Shown piece after piece: positions 20,033-28,605 of a stretch of DNA of 64,000 nucleotides. Source of the stretch: an uncultured delta proteobacterium (GTDB taxonomy: Bacteria > Myxococcota_A > Polyangia > Polyangiales > Polyangiaceae). Made by a program: the position numbers and the translations under genes. How positions within the stretch are numbered: the stretch's first letter is position 1; each line of letters opens with the position of its first letter. The notes under the pieces were generated by a model. It saw nothing but the letters and a program-made list of their open reading frames with translations. It was not told the origin of the DNA and searched no databases. Where the stretch lies: contig CAWAIF010000003.1 in the NCBI GenBank assembly GCA_963782055.1, positions 5,120,001-5,184,000 on the forward strand, in the 5' to 3' direction.

Positions 20033-20902
20033 TCAGACGCCGGCTCGGTCAGATGGAGGGCGGCGTCTTCGCCCAGCTTGCTTCCCAAGTGTGCGTTCCG
20101 GAAATTCTGAGGACTGTTTTCCAGAAAATCTGACAGCCCCTGTGTCTCGGTCATCGAGCCGGAGTTCGTCCTCGGGAAGGTGCTTCGTCCTGAGCGATGG
20201 CCCGTCGAGACGTAGCAGCCGACCGTGCTCGAGGATTCGATCGACGATGGCCTTGGCGAGGTCATCGTCGTGCAGGACGGCCCCCCAGCGCTTCGGGTGC
20301 TTGTTGGTGGTGAAGACCATGGCGCGGCGGCGGATGTGTCGGTCGTTGACGACGTGGTAGAGCACGTTGGCGGCATCGTCGCCGTAGCCAAGGTAACCGA
20401 CCTCGTCGACCACCAGGACGTGAGGCTTGACGTAGCGCCCGAGCGTGTCGCGCATGGTGCCGTCACGACTGGCGGCGGACAGGTCGTCGATGAGCTCCGC
20501 CGCGGTCGTGAAGAGCGCATCGAAGCCGTTCTGCATCGCGCGGTACGCGATGGCGACGGCGAGGTGCGTCTTGCCGCGGCCAGGCTTGCCCTCGAGGATG
20601 ACCGAATGACCTTCGGTGACGAAGTCCGGGGTGAGCAGCGAGCCGATGGTCGTGAGGCGCAGGCTCGACTGGTAGGTGAAGTCGAACTCCTCGATGGTGC
20701 GCAGGAAGGGAAAGCCGGCGGCGCGGACGGCGCGAGCGAGCCGCGTGCCGCGGCGATGCGCGACCTCCTCCGAGAAGAGCGTGAGGAGCAGCGCGTCGTA
20801 CGACCAGTCTTCCTTCTCGGCGCGCTGGACGAGGTCGCGCCAGGTGCGGCGCGCGTTGGCGAGGTGCAGGCGCTTGAGCAGCGGGTCGAGGTCGGAGCTC
20901 AC
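20033..20902 (-). CDS. istB: IS21 helper AAA+ ATPase IstB
   Basis: Walker A GKPGRGKT, Walker B LVVDEVGY, TTN, AIVDRILEH. Confidence 0.95.
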   Translation of the reverse strand: MSSDLDPLLKRLHLANARRTWRDLVQRAEKEDWSYDALLLTLFSEEVAHRRGTRLARAVRAAGFPFLRTIEEFDFTYQSSLRLTTIGSLLTPDFVTEGHSVILEGKPGRGKTHLAVAIAYRAMQNGFDALFTTAAELIDDLSAASRDGTMRDTLGRYVKPHVLVVDEVGYLGYGDDAANVLYHVVNDRHIRRRAMVFTTNKHPKRWGAVLHDDDLAKAIVDRILEHGRLLRLDGPSLRTKHLPEDELRLDDRDTGAVRFSGKQSSEFPERTLGKQAGRRRRPPSDRAGV

Positions 20903-22520
20903 GAGGCACCTCCCTTCGAGCCCGCGCGGCCCAAGGGCAAGCCGAGCTGGTGAGGCTGTCGCCCGCGCGGTTGCGCCACTGCGGCACGGAGGCGTGCGCC
21001 TCCGCGCCTCCGGGCGCTCAACGCCTGCAGAGCGTGCTTGACGCCGGCGACGGACAAGGTGCCGGAGCGGACCGCGCGCCCCATCGCGTCGCGCAAGACG
21101 TCGTCACCGTACTGCTCGAGCAGCGCGTAGAGGTCCTCGACGCGACGGCTGGCGAGCTTCGGCTCGCGGTGGGTGATCTCGGTGAGCAGCGCGAGGGCAT
21201 CGGAGCCGAGGTTGAGCAGCTGCTGGCGCTTCTCGTAGAGCTTGGCGCGCTTGCCGTGGACGGCGGCGATCTTGGCGGCGCGATGCTCTGGCAGCGGCGC
21301 GGGTGGCTCGCCCTTGCGCCTTCGGCGGTGCCACGCCTCGAAGCGGCCGGCGACGATGTGCAGGCGCTCCTCGTAGAGGAAGAGGGTGCCGGCGACATGC
21401 GTCGCCTGCGGCGGCATCGAGTACGGCACGCCCTCGAACATCACCTCGGCGGTGGGGCCCACGAAGACGGGGACGCGCAGGGCGAGCTTTTCCGGAAAGA
21501 CCTTGACGGGGCGCAGGCGCGCGAGCTCCTCCTGGCGCCGTGTTTCCGGAATCTCGCCGGTGGCGCGCGAAGGCGTCCTGGTGTTGATCTCGACCTGCCA
21601 CGCGGCGAGCTGCGCCTCGAGATCGGCTTCGTCCTGGAACTTGCGGTGCTTGAAGAAGGAGCTCTTCACCCAGCCGACGAGCCGCTCGACCGAGCCCTTC
21701 TGGTTGCCGCTGCGCGGCGCGCACATCTCCACGCCGACGCCGATGTCCACGATGGCCTGCGCGAAGGTGGCGTTGAACTCCTCGACGTCGCGCCCCTTGC
21801 CGGACTTCTTCACGATGGTCCTGGGGCGGTCGAAGACGGCCATCAGGGGCAACCCGCCGAAGGCGACGAAGTGGCGCGCCAGGCAGCGCACAACCGTCTC
21901 GACGCGCTCGTTGTCGACGAGGGAGACGGCGACGAAGCGCGAGTACTTCAGGCGCGAGGCGAAGAAGTGGAACCGCTTCTTGCGGCCGCCCACGAACGTG
22001 ACGTCGACGTGGCCGAAGTCGTGCTGCGAGAACTCGCCGGGCAGGCCCTCGAAGCGCACGACGGGGGCGGCGCGGGGTGGGCGGACGCCGGCGACCAGGG
22101 CGTAGAAGGCCGACTTGTGTCCCGCGTACCCCGCCTGCGTCGCGCGACGCAGCAGCTCCTGGGTCGGAAGCTCGGGCTCCTCGGCGAGCCACGTGCGAAC
22201 GCGCTCGGCGAAGGGCGTGGCTTTCGACGGCCGGCCGATGCCACGACCCACACGCGCCGCGGCGTCATCGACGACCGCCACCTCCTCCTCGCGCCTGACG
22301 CGGTCAACAGTCGCGACCGACGTACCCGTGCGCTCGGCAACGTCCTTGCGGGTGTGCCCCGCGTGAAGCAAGACCTGGATTTCGTGGCGCTTGAGCAGAG
22401 GCAGCATCTCCTCCGCATGCACCCGCCTGTGAGCCATCACCGGGGATTCCATCATGAGGTGCCTCTCTTCCGGGAGCCCTAGATTTTCCGGAATGGGTGC
22501 CCTCAGATTCGGAACCATCA
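20090..22520 (-). mobile_element. IS21-family insertion sequence (2431 bp)
   Basis: TG...CA ends (TGTGCGTTCCG / TGATGGTTCCG), subterminal TTCC(G/A)GAAA(A/T)TCT repeats, TSD CCAAG at 20085-20089 and 22521-22525. Confidence 0.9.
20899..22407 (-). CDS. istA: IS21 transposase IstA
   Basis: RFEGLPGEFSQHDFG, LKYSR, KGSVERLV; GGAGGAG RBS before MLPLLKRH. Confidence 0.95.
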   Translation of the reverse strand: MLPLLKRHEIQVLLHAGHTRKDVAERTGTSVATVDRVRREEEVAVVDDAAARVGRGIGRPSKATPFAERVRTWLAEEPELPTQELLRRATQAGYAGHKSAFYALVAGVRPPRAAPVVRFEGLPGEFSQHDFGHVDVTFVGGRKKRFHFFASRLKYSRFVAVSLVDNERVETVVRCLARHFVAFGGLPLMAVFDRPRTIVKKSGKGRDVEEFNATFAQAIVDIGVGVEMCAPRSGNQKGSVERLVGWVKSSFFKHRKFQDEADLEAQLAAWQVEINTRTPSRATGEIPETRRQEELARLRPVKVFPEKLALRVPVFVGPTAEVMFEGVPYSMPPQATHVAGTLFLYEERLHIVAGRFEAWHRRRRKGEPPAPLPEHRAAKIAAVHGKRAKLYEKRQQLLNLGSDALALLTEITHREPKLASRRVEDLYALLEQYGDDVLRDAMGRAVRSGTLSVAGVKHALQALSARRRGGARLRAAVAQPRGRQPHQLGLPLGRAGSKGGAS

Positions 22521-22789
22521 CCAAGTGCTCCCAGTTCATCGCAGTGCCTGTAGCTCCTCTTCGTGACCTTTCGCGCGACTGGAAGGCGCTGGGGCCTGAT
22601 CGAGCTCACTCATTTCGTCGATCACGCCTGCACGCTGAAGTTCACCGGCTGCGTCCCGCTCCCGGTCGAAGACCATCTGCGGCCCCGTGATGGGGCGATC
22701 GTCCCGTCACGCGCGCGCGGACTGCGGGGCGACGCAAGTCAGAAGCGCCGCCGCGATGCGATGTCGCGGTCTTGCCCCCGTTCGCACGA

Positions 22790-22805
22790 TGGCACCTTGG
22801 ATGCA
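22790..22805 (+). promoter_or_regulatory. Putative sigma54 promoter (copy A)
   Basis: TGGCACCTTGGATGCA = GG-N10-GC, within a ~100-bp block repeated at 28375-28475. Confidence 0.7.
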
Positions 22806-22867
22806 ACGGCAGACCAGTCCCGGCCGCGCATCCGGTGCAGCCACAGGTCAGAGGGAGCCCTCCTATC

Positions 22868-24412
22868 ATGTCGACCAAACGAGCGTTTCTCCAGTCCACT
22901 GCGCCGGCAGGCGCCGCCGTCACCACTGCGCCGGTCTCCGTGCCCGCCCGGGTGCCGAGCGGCGGAGCAAGAGCGCCTGACATGAAGTTCTCGACGCCGA
23001 TACCGCGAGGCCTCGCATCTCCCGCCACGGTACAGACGCGCCTGGGGGAGCTGAAGCTGACCGATGGCTTCCCGGAGAAGGCCACGGCCGCATTGCTGCT
23101 CGACAACCTGGACTTCCAGCGCGCCGTGCAAGCGTATCTTCTGGCAATTCCCGCCGCCAGCCAGGTCGCCGACCGGAACGCGTGCTTGGCCCTGGGACCG
23201 GTGAACCGGACCATCCCGATCTGGGCGCACCTCGTCGACTCGCGAACCGTCGGCCTGACGTTCAACGACAACACCGTCTACAGCTGGGGCTGGGTCAACC
23301 TGAAGGACGGCCCGCTCGTGCTCGAAGTCCCCCCCATGGTGCTGGGTGGGATCAACGACATCTGGTTCCGCTGGGTGATCGACCTGGGCATCACCGGACC
23401 GGACAAGGGTAAGGGAGGCAAGTACCTGCTGCTGCCGCCCGGCTACGACGGCGACGTGCCCGAGGGCTACCATGTCGTCCGCTCCCAAACCTACAACCTG
23501 TGGGTCCCGTGGAGGAGCTTCCTCGTGGACGGCGACCCCGCGCCGGGTGTCGAGTCGGTCAAGAAGTACACGAAGATCCATCCGCTTGCCGAGAAGGACG
23601 AGCCGGCTCCGGATCTCACCTTCGTCGATGTGTCGGGCAAGCCCTTCAACATCATCAACGCGGCCGACTACACGTTCTGGGATCTGCTCAACCAGGCCGT
23701 CCAGGAGGAGCCGCCCGAATCGCTCGACCAGATCCGGATGGGCTACTACGCCTCCATCGGGATCGAACATGGCAAGCCGTTCGCGCCCGACGCGCGGATG
23801 AAGAAGATCCTGACGGAGGCCGCCGCCGTCGGTGACGCGACCGCCCGCGCGCTGACGTTCCACTGGCGCCAGAAGGACGGCTATTACTACGAGAACAGCA
23901 ACTGGCAACGGCCGTTCGTCGGTGGCTACCTGTTTCAGTCGCAGCCGGGCGTCCTGAACCTCGATGCCTACTCGTACTATTACTTCCTCGCGACCGGGGT
24001 CACGCCGGCGATGGAGGAGAAGCTCGTCGGACGCGGGTCGCAGTACGCATGGGCCTGTCGTGACGCGGGCGGCAACGCCCTCGACGGCGGCAAGTCGTAC
24101 ACGCTGCATCTGCCACCGAACGTCCCGGTGAAGGACTTCTGGTCGGTCATCCTCTACAGCAACCAGACGCGTTCGATGCTCCAGACCGACAAGCGGTTCC
24201 CCAGTGTCAGCAGCCAGGACAAGGGCCTTCAGGTGAACCCGGACGGATCGATTGACGTCTATTTCGGGCCGCGGGCACCGGACGGCAAGGAGGCCAACTG
24301 GGTTCAGACGGTCCCCGGGAAAGGGTGGAACACGCTTCTGCGCCTCTATGGTCCGCTGGAACCCTGGTATGACCGGTCGTGGCGTCCGGGGGAAATAGAG
24401 CTGCAGGGGTAA
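22868..24412 (+). CDS. DUF1254/DUF1214 domain protein
   Basis: LDFQRAVQAYL, LTFNDNTVY, GPDKGKGGKYLLLPPGY, VPVKDFWSVILY, LRLYGP; start uncertain (22868 or 22982). Confidence 0.9.
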   Translation: MSTKRAFLQSTAPAGAAVTTAPVSVPARVPSGGARAPDMKFSTPIPRGLASPATVQTRLGELKLTDGFPEKATAALLLDNLDFQRAVQAYLLAIPAASQVADRNACLALGPVNRTIPIWAHLVDSRTVGLTFNDNTVYSWGWVNLKDGPLVLEVPPMVLGGINDIWFRWVIDLGITGPDKGKGGKYLLLPPGYDGDVPEGYHVVRSQTYNLWVPWRSFLVDGDPAPGVESVKKYTKIHPLAEKDEPAPDLTFVDVSGKPFNIINAADYTFWDLLNQAVQEEPPESLDQIRMGYYASIGIEHGKPFAPDARMKKILTEAAAVGDATARALTFHWRQKDGYYYENSNWQRPFVGGYLFQSQPGVLNLDAYSYYYFLATGVTPAMEEKLVGRGSQYAWACRDAGGNALDGGKSYTLHLPPNVPVKDFWSVILYSNQTRSMLQTDKRFPSVSSQDKGLQVNPDGSIDVYFGPRAPDGKEANWVQTVPGKGWNTLLRLYGPLEPWYDRSWRPGEIELQG

Positions 24413-24448
24413 GCCGCCAGATCGCTGCGAGGACACTGGCCGGGAAGC

Positions 24449-25327
24449 TCACCCGCCAGGCGCCCCGGCGGTGACTCGCTCGTGCGCGGCGCGCGCGAAG
24501 GCGACCACGCGGCGAGCCACGTCGTTCACGTCGTCGAGCTGCGGGCTGTGTCCCATGCCGTGCGGCTGGTCGATGGTCGCTCCAAGCAAATGCGCGCGGA
24601 AGAACTCCAGATTGGACGCGGGCAAGAGGCGGTCGCTGCGGCCCCAGAGGAGATGCACCGGCATGGTCAAACCCCGGAGGTCGGCCGCGGCCAGCGAGTG
24701 CCTGCCACGCACGTCGTGCACGAGCGCGCGAAGCGAGCGGGCGCGGTAGCGGCGGCGCAGGTTCCACGCGATGACGTGCCGGAGCGGGCCGGGCTCCTCG
24801 TGGAAGACGGTCTGGATGAAGCGCAGCGCGGCGGCGTGGGTGTCGAAGTGCAACCGGTGTCCGAGCGCCTCGAGCTCGTGGGGCGCCATCGGCGCCCCGG
24901 CCGGCGACGCGAGGAACAGCCCGCGCACGTGGCGAGGGCGCGCGAGCGCGAAGCGGATCGCCGCGAGACCTCCGAGCGAGTTGCCGAAGACGACCGCGGG
25001 CTCGTCGAGCGTCTCGTCGAGCGCTTCGCCGAGTCCGTCGAGGCACTCGCCGACGTCGAGATCCGCGGGGGCCTCGCTCGCGCCGTGCCCGGGCAGGTCG
25101 GGCGCGATGACGCGGCGAACATGCGGGCGCAATCGCTGCAGGAGGGGCAAATAGTCTGCGCCCCGGGAGCCGAGGCCGTGCAGGAGAACGAGCGTCGGGC
25201 CCTCGCCGCGACCTCTCCCATCCAGGATGCGCACGTCCCCCGTGCGTGTCCGGACGCTGCGGATCCTGTAGCCCAGCGCCGAGAGCGTCGCGGAGACTGC
25301 GGCGTGACCGAGGTCGAATCGAGGCAT
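24449..25327 (-). CDS. Alpha/beta-fold hydrolase
   Basis: LLHGLG, PDLPGHG, nucleophile elbow GNSLGG, WGRSD, GHSPQ. Confidence 0.9.
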   Translation of the reverse strand: MPRFDLGHAAVSATLSALGYRIRSVRTRTGDVRILDGRGRGEGPTLVLLHGLGSRGADYLPLLQRLRPHVRRVIAPDLPGHGASEAPADLDVGECLDGLGEALDETLDEPAVVFGNSLGGLAAIRFALARPRHVRGLFLASPAGAPMAPHELEALGHRLHFDTHAAALRFIQTVFHEEPGPLRHVIAWNLRRRYRARSLRALVHDVRGRHSLAAADLRGLTMPVHLLWGRSDRLLPASNLEFFRAHLLGATIDQPHGMGHSPQLDDVNDVARRVVAFARAAHERVTAGAPGG

Positions 25328-25412
25328 CTGGTCAAGCCAACGTAACCTGCTGCTCCGAGGGATGCAGCTCAGCCCATGGCGAAGCACGATTATTGCTGTG
25401 CTCCTGGTCACG

Positions 25413-26585
25413 ATGCGGATCCTCGTCACCAGCTCCCGCATGCCGCACGCGCTCGACGTGATCCGCAAGCTCGGCCGCGAAGGGCACGAGGTCTACGCGA
25501 CCGACACGTTCCACACGGCGCCCGGGAGCCACTCGCGATTCGTGAGGGAGTCCTTCATCACCGCGGCGCCCGCGTTCGAGGGCGCCCGCTTTCTCGCCGA
25601 CGTCGAGCGGATCGTCCGCGCGCGCGACATCGAGCTGATCGTGCCGGGCTTCGAGGAGGTGTTCCTCCTGGCGAGGCACGTCGATTCGTTCGCGCCTCGA
25701 GCGAAGGTCTTCTGCTCCTCGTTCGAGACGCTGACGCGGCTGCACGACAAGTCGGCGTTCGTCGAGCTGGCGCGGTCGCTCGCGCTCCCCGTCCCCGACA
25801 CGGCCCTCGCGACGAGCCGCGACGCTCTCGCGCGCGCCACGGCTGCCTTTCCGGAGTATCTCGCGCGCCCGGCGTTCTCACGCGGCGGCGTCGACCTGCT
25901 CACCAACGTCGGCCCGCTCGCGGGCAACCTCTCCCCCGACGCGTGCGAAGTGACCGCCGCGCGGCCGTGGATCGTGCAGCGCTTCGTGCACGGCGAGGAC
26001 GTCTGCACCTTCAGCGTGGCGCACCGTGGCCGCGTCGTCGCGCACTCCGCGTACGTTCACCCGAAGACGATCGAGCACGCGGGTGGGATCTCCTTCGAGT
26101 CCGTCGTCGAGCCCGAGTCCCTCGCGATCACGCAGCGGATCGTCGCGCACCTCGGCTACGAGGGCCACATCTCGCTCGACTTCATCCGCACGGCCGGCGG
26201 CCTCGTCCTCGTCGAGTGCAACCCGCGACCGACGGCGGGGGTGTTCATGATGGGGGCGAAGCCCTACGTCGACGCCCTGCTCACTCCTTCCGACGGCCCG
26301 CCGTACGTCCCCCCCGGCGGGGTTCGCATGCAGATCACCTCGGCGATCCTGCGCGACATGCTCCGCGACTGGCACCAGATCCCGTCCGACGTGAAGGCGC
26401 TGTTCTCGGGGGCCGCGGAGGTCTACGCGCAGCCGGACGACCTCGCGCCGGGCCTCTTCCAGATCCTCTCGTACAGCCACGTGTTCGCGTTTCGCCATCG
26501 GCTTCACGTGAAGCGACATCAACACACGGACCTCATCGCCGCGCAGTTCTACGACATCGAGTGGAACGGAGGCGAGCTGCCGTGA
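25413..26585 (+). CDS. ATP-grasp domain protein
   Basis: MRILVT, LHDKSAF, RPAFSRGG, WIVQRFVHG, ISLDFI, VECNPR. Confidence 0.85.
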   Translation: MRILVTSSRMPHALDVIRKLGREGHEVYATDTFHTAPGSHSRFVRESFITAAPAFEGARFLADVERIVRARDIELIVPGFEEVFLLARHVDSFAPRAKVFCSSFETLTRLHDKSAFVELARSLALPVPDTALATSRDALARATAAFPEYLARPAFSRGGVDLLTNVGPLAGNLSPDACEVTAARPWIVQRFVHGEDVCTFSVAHRGRVVAHSAYVHPKTIEHAGGISFESVVEPESLAITQRIVAHLGYEGHISLDFIRTAGGLVLVECNPRPTAGVFMMGAKPYVDALLTPSDGPPYVPPGGVRMQITSAILRDMLRDWHQIPSDVKALFSGAAEVYAQPDDLAPGLFQILSYSHVFAFRHRLHVKRHQHTDLIAAQFYDIEWNGGELP

Positions 26586-26595
26586 AAGGAGCGCC

Positions 26596-27690
26596 ATGAC
26601 CCCCGACCTCTCACGGGTCGTCTTCGACGACCTCGGGCCCGAGCGGATCCACTGCTTGTACGACCCGCGAACCAACCTGCGCGCGGTGGTCGTGATCGAC
26701 ACGACGCGCTTCATGATCTCGGGTGGCGGTGTGCGCATGGCGCCCGACGTGTCGGTGAGCGAGGTGGCGCGGCTCTCGCGCGCGATGACGCTGAAGTACG
26801 CGATGCTCGAGATGCCCTGCGGCGGCGCGAAGGCAGGGATCTCCCTGGACCCGGCCGACCCGTCACGACCGGCCGTGATGGCCGCCTTCGTGCGCGCCAT
26901 CAAGCCGCTCGTCGAGACGGGGGCGTTCATGCCCGGCGCCGACATGGGAACCTCGGGCGCGGACTTCGCAGCGCTCTGGGGCGAGCGCGCCGGCATGAAC
27001 CTCGCCTCGGAGACGTTCGAGGGGATGCCGCTGGAGGCGCAGCTCACCGGCGCCGGCGTCGTCGCGGCGACAAGGGCGGCGTGCGAGGCGCTCTCGCGAC
27101 CGCTGCGCGGCGCGACGGTGGCCATCGAGGGCTTCGGCAAGGTGGGCGCGGGCGCGGCGAAGTTCTTCGTGCGAGAGGGGGCGCGCGTCGTGGCGATCTC
27201 GACCGTGCACGGCGGGCTCTACGACCCCGAAGGGCTCGACGTGACGGCGCTCCTCGCGCTGCGCGCGGAGCACGGTGACGACGTCATTTCACGCGCGACG
27301 CGAGGCCGGCGCGTCGCGCGCGAGGCCCTCTTCACCCTCCCCGTCGACGTGCTCGTCCCCGGTGCGCGTCCCGACGTGATCGACGCCGACAACGTCGAGC
27401 GCATCGAGGCGAAGCTGGTCGTCCCCGCCGCGAACATCCCCTACGCCGAGGGGACGCTCCGGCGCCTGCACGCGCGTGGCGTCGTCGCGCTGCCGGACTT
27501 CGTCACCAACGCGGGCGGCGTGCTCGCGGCGATGGCCAGCATCGAGGGACGGAGCGCGACGGGCACGTTCGAGCTCGTCGCGGACCGCGTCGCGAAGAAC
27601 GTGAAGCTGGTGATGGAGACGGCGCGCTCGCGCGGCGTCTCCCCGTTCGATGCGGCCGTCTGGCTCGCCCGCTCACGCCTGGCTCAATAG
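26596..27690 (+). CDS. Glu/Leu/Phe/Val dehydrogenase family protein
   Basis: GGVRM, MTLKYA, GGAKAG, GADMGT, EGFGKVG, PDFVTNAGG. Confidence 0.9.
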   Translation: MTPDLSRVVFDDLGPERIHCLYDPRTNLRAVVVIDTTRFMISGGGVRMAPDVSVSEVARLSRAMTLKYAMLEMPCGGAKAGISLDPADPSRPAVMAAFVRAIKPLVETGAFMPGADMGTSGADFAALWGERAGMNLASETFEGMPLEAQLTGAGVVAATRAACEALSRPLRGATVAIEGFGKVGAGAAKFFVREGARVVAISTVHGGLYDPEGLDVTALLALRAEHGDDVISRATRGRRVAREALFTLPVDVLVPGARPDVIDADNVERIEAKLVVPAANIPYAEGTLRRLHARGVVALPDFVTNAGGVLAAMASIEGRSATGTFELVADRVAKNVKLVMETARSRGVSPFDAAVWLARSRLAQ

Positions 27691-28166
27691 CGGAGCTTGA
27701 TGTGCGACGTGACGATGGTGCCGGCCTTCACGTCGAACTTCGACTCGTCCCACGTGGGCCGGCTGAACGCGTGGGTGTGGTTGTTCGAGATGCCGTAGCC
27801 CTCGGTCGGCATGCCGAGGAAGTTCTTGTCGAGCTTGCCGTTCGAGTTCTCGTCGTGAATCACGGCGGCGGCGTACGTGCCGGGTGGCATGTCCGCGAAC
27901 GAGCACGAGGTCGTGGTGCCCGTCACCGGAACGTGCTTGCGCATGTCGGTGTGCCGCTTCCAGTTGTCGGGGAAGTCCTTGCCGTTCGGGTAAAGCTGGC
28001 ACCCGAGGAACCCCTTGAGGTTGCGGAAGGTCGACACCTCGAGGACGATCGTGGCGGTCGTGGCGGTCGTGGCGCGCGTGGCGGGCGCGGCCGCGCGAAC
28101 CGTGTGGGGGGAACTCGCCGCGAGCGCGATCAACGCACCGAGCACGAGGTTTCGAGACTGCGACAT
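27684..28166 (-). CDS. DUF2141 domain secreted protein
   Basis: Signal peptide; PGTYAAAVIHDENSNGKLDKNFLGMPTEGYGISNN. Confidence 0.9.
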   Translation of the reverse strand: MSQSRNLVLGALIALAASSPHTVRAAAPATRATTATTATIVLEVSTFRNLKGFLGCQLYPNGKDFPDNWKRHTDMRKHVPVTGTTTSCSFADMPPGTYAAAVIHDENSNGKLDKNFLGMPTEGYGISNNHTHAFSRPTWDESKFDVKAGTIVTSHIKLRY

Positions 28167-28459
28167 CACACGGCAATCATGATCACGGGACGGGCCGCGC
28201 GCACGCGCGCCGGCCGAGAAATTGCGCGCACGGCGCGGGCGGGCTCGGCCGTACGGGACGCAGGCTCCCACGTCTCGCCGTGTTCCCGGTCACACGCTTT
28301 CGTGATCAGCTTCCAGCTTCGCCCTCGCGGCGCAGAGCGCGACGGCCAGCATGCCGTCGGCGGCGCAACTTCCTCCGTCACGCGCGCCTTCTTTGCGGGG
28401 CGACGCAAGCTATTGGCGGGGTGGGATGCGATATCGCGGCCTTGCCCTCGTCCCGACGA

Positions 28460-28475
28460 TGGCACTCCGCGTGCA
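28460..28475 (+). promoter_or_regulatory. Putative sigma54 promoter (copy B)
   Basis: TGGCACTCCGCGTGCA = GG-N10-GC upstream of the DUF3300 gene. Confidence 0.7.
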
Positions 28476-28605
28476 CTGGCGGACGACGCGCACGATCTCG
28501 CGAGGGGTCCGAGGCGCTGAGGAAGGGGACGGCGCGGGTGGTCCCCGCCGCGCATCCGGTGCACCACGGGGTTCATCGATGCGCAGCAACCCAAGGAGCG
28601 AGACC

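Larger units (their letters stand above)
17984..22539 (-). pseudogene. SMI1/KNR4 (SUKH) immunity-like gene interrupted by IS21 and IS4
   Basis: Joining 22539-22521, 20084-19684 and 18229-17984 gives one 666-nt frame MNWEHLGSKLGEDAALHLTEPASEEAILRAARDL...VAVGDDSGG...EDEGEDWSRRGEILV...GQ*. Confidence 0.85.
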
